Shown piece by piece: positions 63,107 to 64,000 of a DNA stretch of 64,000 nucleotides. The notes beneath the pieces were generated by a model, which was given only the letters and a program-made list of their open reading frames with translations, ran no database searches and was not told the origin of the DNA. The stretch spans positions 41,170,001-41,234,000 of the forward strand of contig CM052818.1 of the NCBI GenBank assembly GCA_028534125.1, read 5' to 3'. The DNA comes from Lama glama (Eukaryota). Position 1 is the first letter of the stretch. Every line of letters starts with the position of its first letter. Both the position numbers and the translations under genes were made by a program.

Positions 63107-63369
63107 TTTGGTCAGTTTGAGTGACAATTGCATTCAGTTGTTTAAATGGGTGCACACTGAGGGAAGCTCAGCACACTTTGATGCATTAGAGCGTTTTCTT
63201 ATGGTTAAAAGAATTAGTTTCAGAAATGTTGATAATTATAAAATTAGTTTTATCTGATTAAAAATTGTACATACATTGTGGAATATCCTGAGGATACTAA
63301 AAAGATGAAAGGATTAAAGGTTTAATCTCCTAACGCACCATTGGGGTTGTTTTCTCAAGCAGTATTTTT

Positions 63370-63960
63370 ATTCAGTCACCCAATAAATGCTTGCCTCATA
63401 TCTACAGTGGATCAGAGTCTGTGAAGACAATTGAAATGCTAAGAAGAAAGGAAAGACAGGGTCTGCCTTCAAGAGTTTAGTTGAGCAAGAAGACAGCCAA
63501 GTACTCAAATACCTTCAGGCAGAGTGTTTTAGGAGCCAGAAGCCTGGAGAGGAAAACTCGTTAGGCCAAAAGGTGGCAGGTGAATAGGAATGGCTCGCTC
63601 AGAGAAACACAGAATGCTGGGGGGTTCAGGGAAACAAAACACTCTCACTGAGAGTTCTGGGAAAGTTTCATAGAGGAGGAGCTATTCGTATGAACTTGAA
63701 AGATTGTATAGTATTTCTGTGCATGAAGATGTGAGATTCTAGGTAGAGGGGAGGCCATGAGAAGAGACAGAGGCGGAAGCATGTCCAGGAAATGGTGACA
63801 AAGCCCATTTTGTTTTGGAAAGAAATAAGCAGGAAAGGTGGGCGAGGACCAGATCTCACCATGATGAGGATATTAAATTGCTTTTAAACATAGAGGCAGC
63901 TATCAAAATGAACAAGGAGGTTATATGGTTGTAAGTGTGTTGGGAAGATATGTCTTTATT
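63370..63960 (-). mobile_element. L2 3' region
   Basis: ttcagtcacccaataaatgcttg start, agacagggtctgccttcaagagtttag, gggaaagtttcatagaggaggagctattcgtatgaacttgaaaga. Confidence 0.65.
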
Positions 63961-64000
63961 CATACTTACGTATAGATTAATATTCTAACAATCCAAGCTA

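Noticed and set aside
1..64000. CRISPR arrays, operons or other prokaryotic-type systems
   Set aside because: The sequence is mammalian. The only periodic repeats are microsatellites and two-copy duplications.

Overview
Mammalian, AT-rich, CpG-depleted DNA that is almost certainly camelid (camel, alpaca or llama). The evidence is a tRNA-Ala-derived Vic-1-type SINE at 62389-62521 and several copies of one lineage-specific L1 3' end. I found no intact protein-coding exon, RNA gene or CpG island. The window reads as a large intron or intergenic region filled with L2, MIR, L1, MaLR/ERVL LTRs and hAT MITEs, with a 500-N assembly gap. All ORF-track entries are chance, microsatellite, gap or decayed-L1 ORFs. 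The most notable item is a frameshifted Ty3/gypsy gag fossil at ~32000-33390. It keeps recognisable PNMA/MOAP1-family motifs in the right order, including a decayed CCHC zinc knuckle, and is followed by a putative PPT and 3' LTR with no pol. Other items: a young ERVK-type solo LTR with a perfect 6-bp TSD (933-1621), a TSD-flanked polyadenylated retrocopy (82-289), an L1 5' end fused directly to an L1 3' end, a probable 5'-inverted L1, a CCAAT/GC-box promoter-like patch, homeobox-motif-dense unique segments and an 18-bp GNRA hairpin. Repeat family names come from recalled consensus sequences, not a database search. Boundaries without TSDs are approximate.
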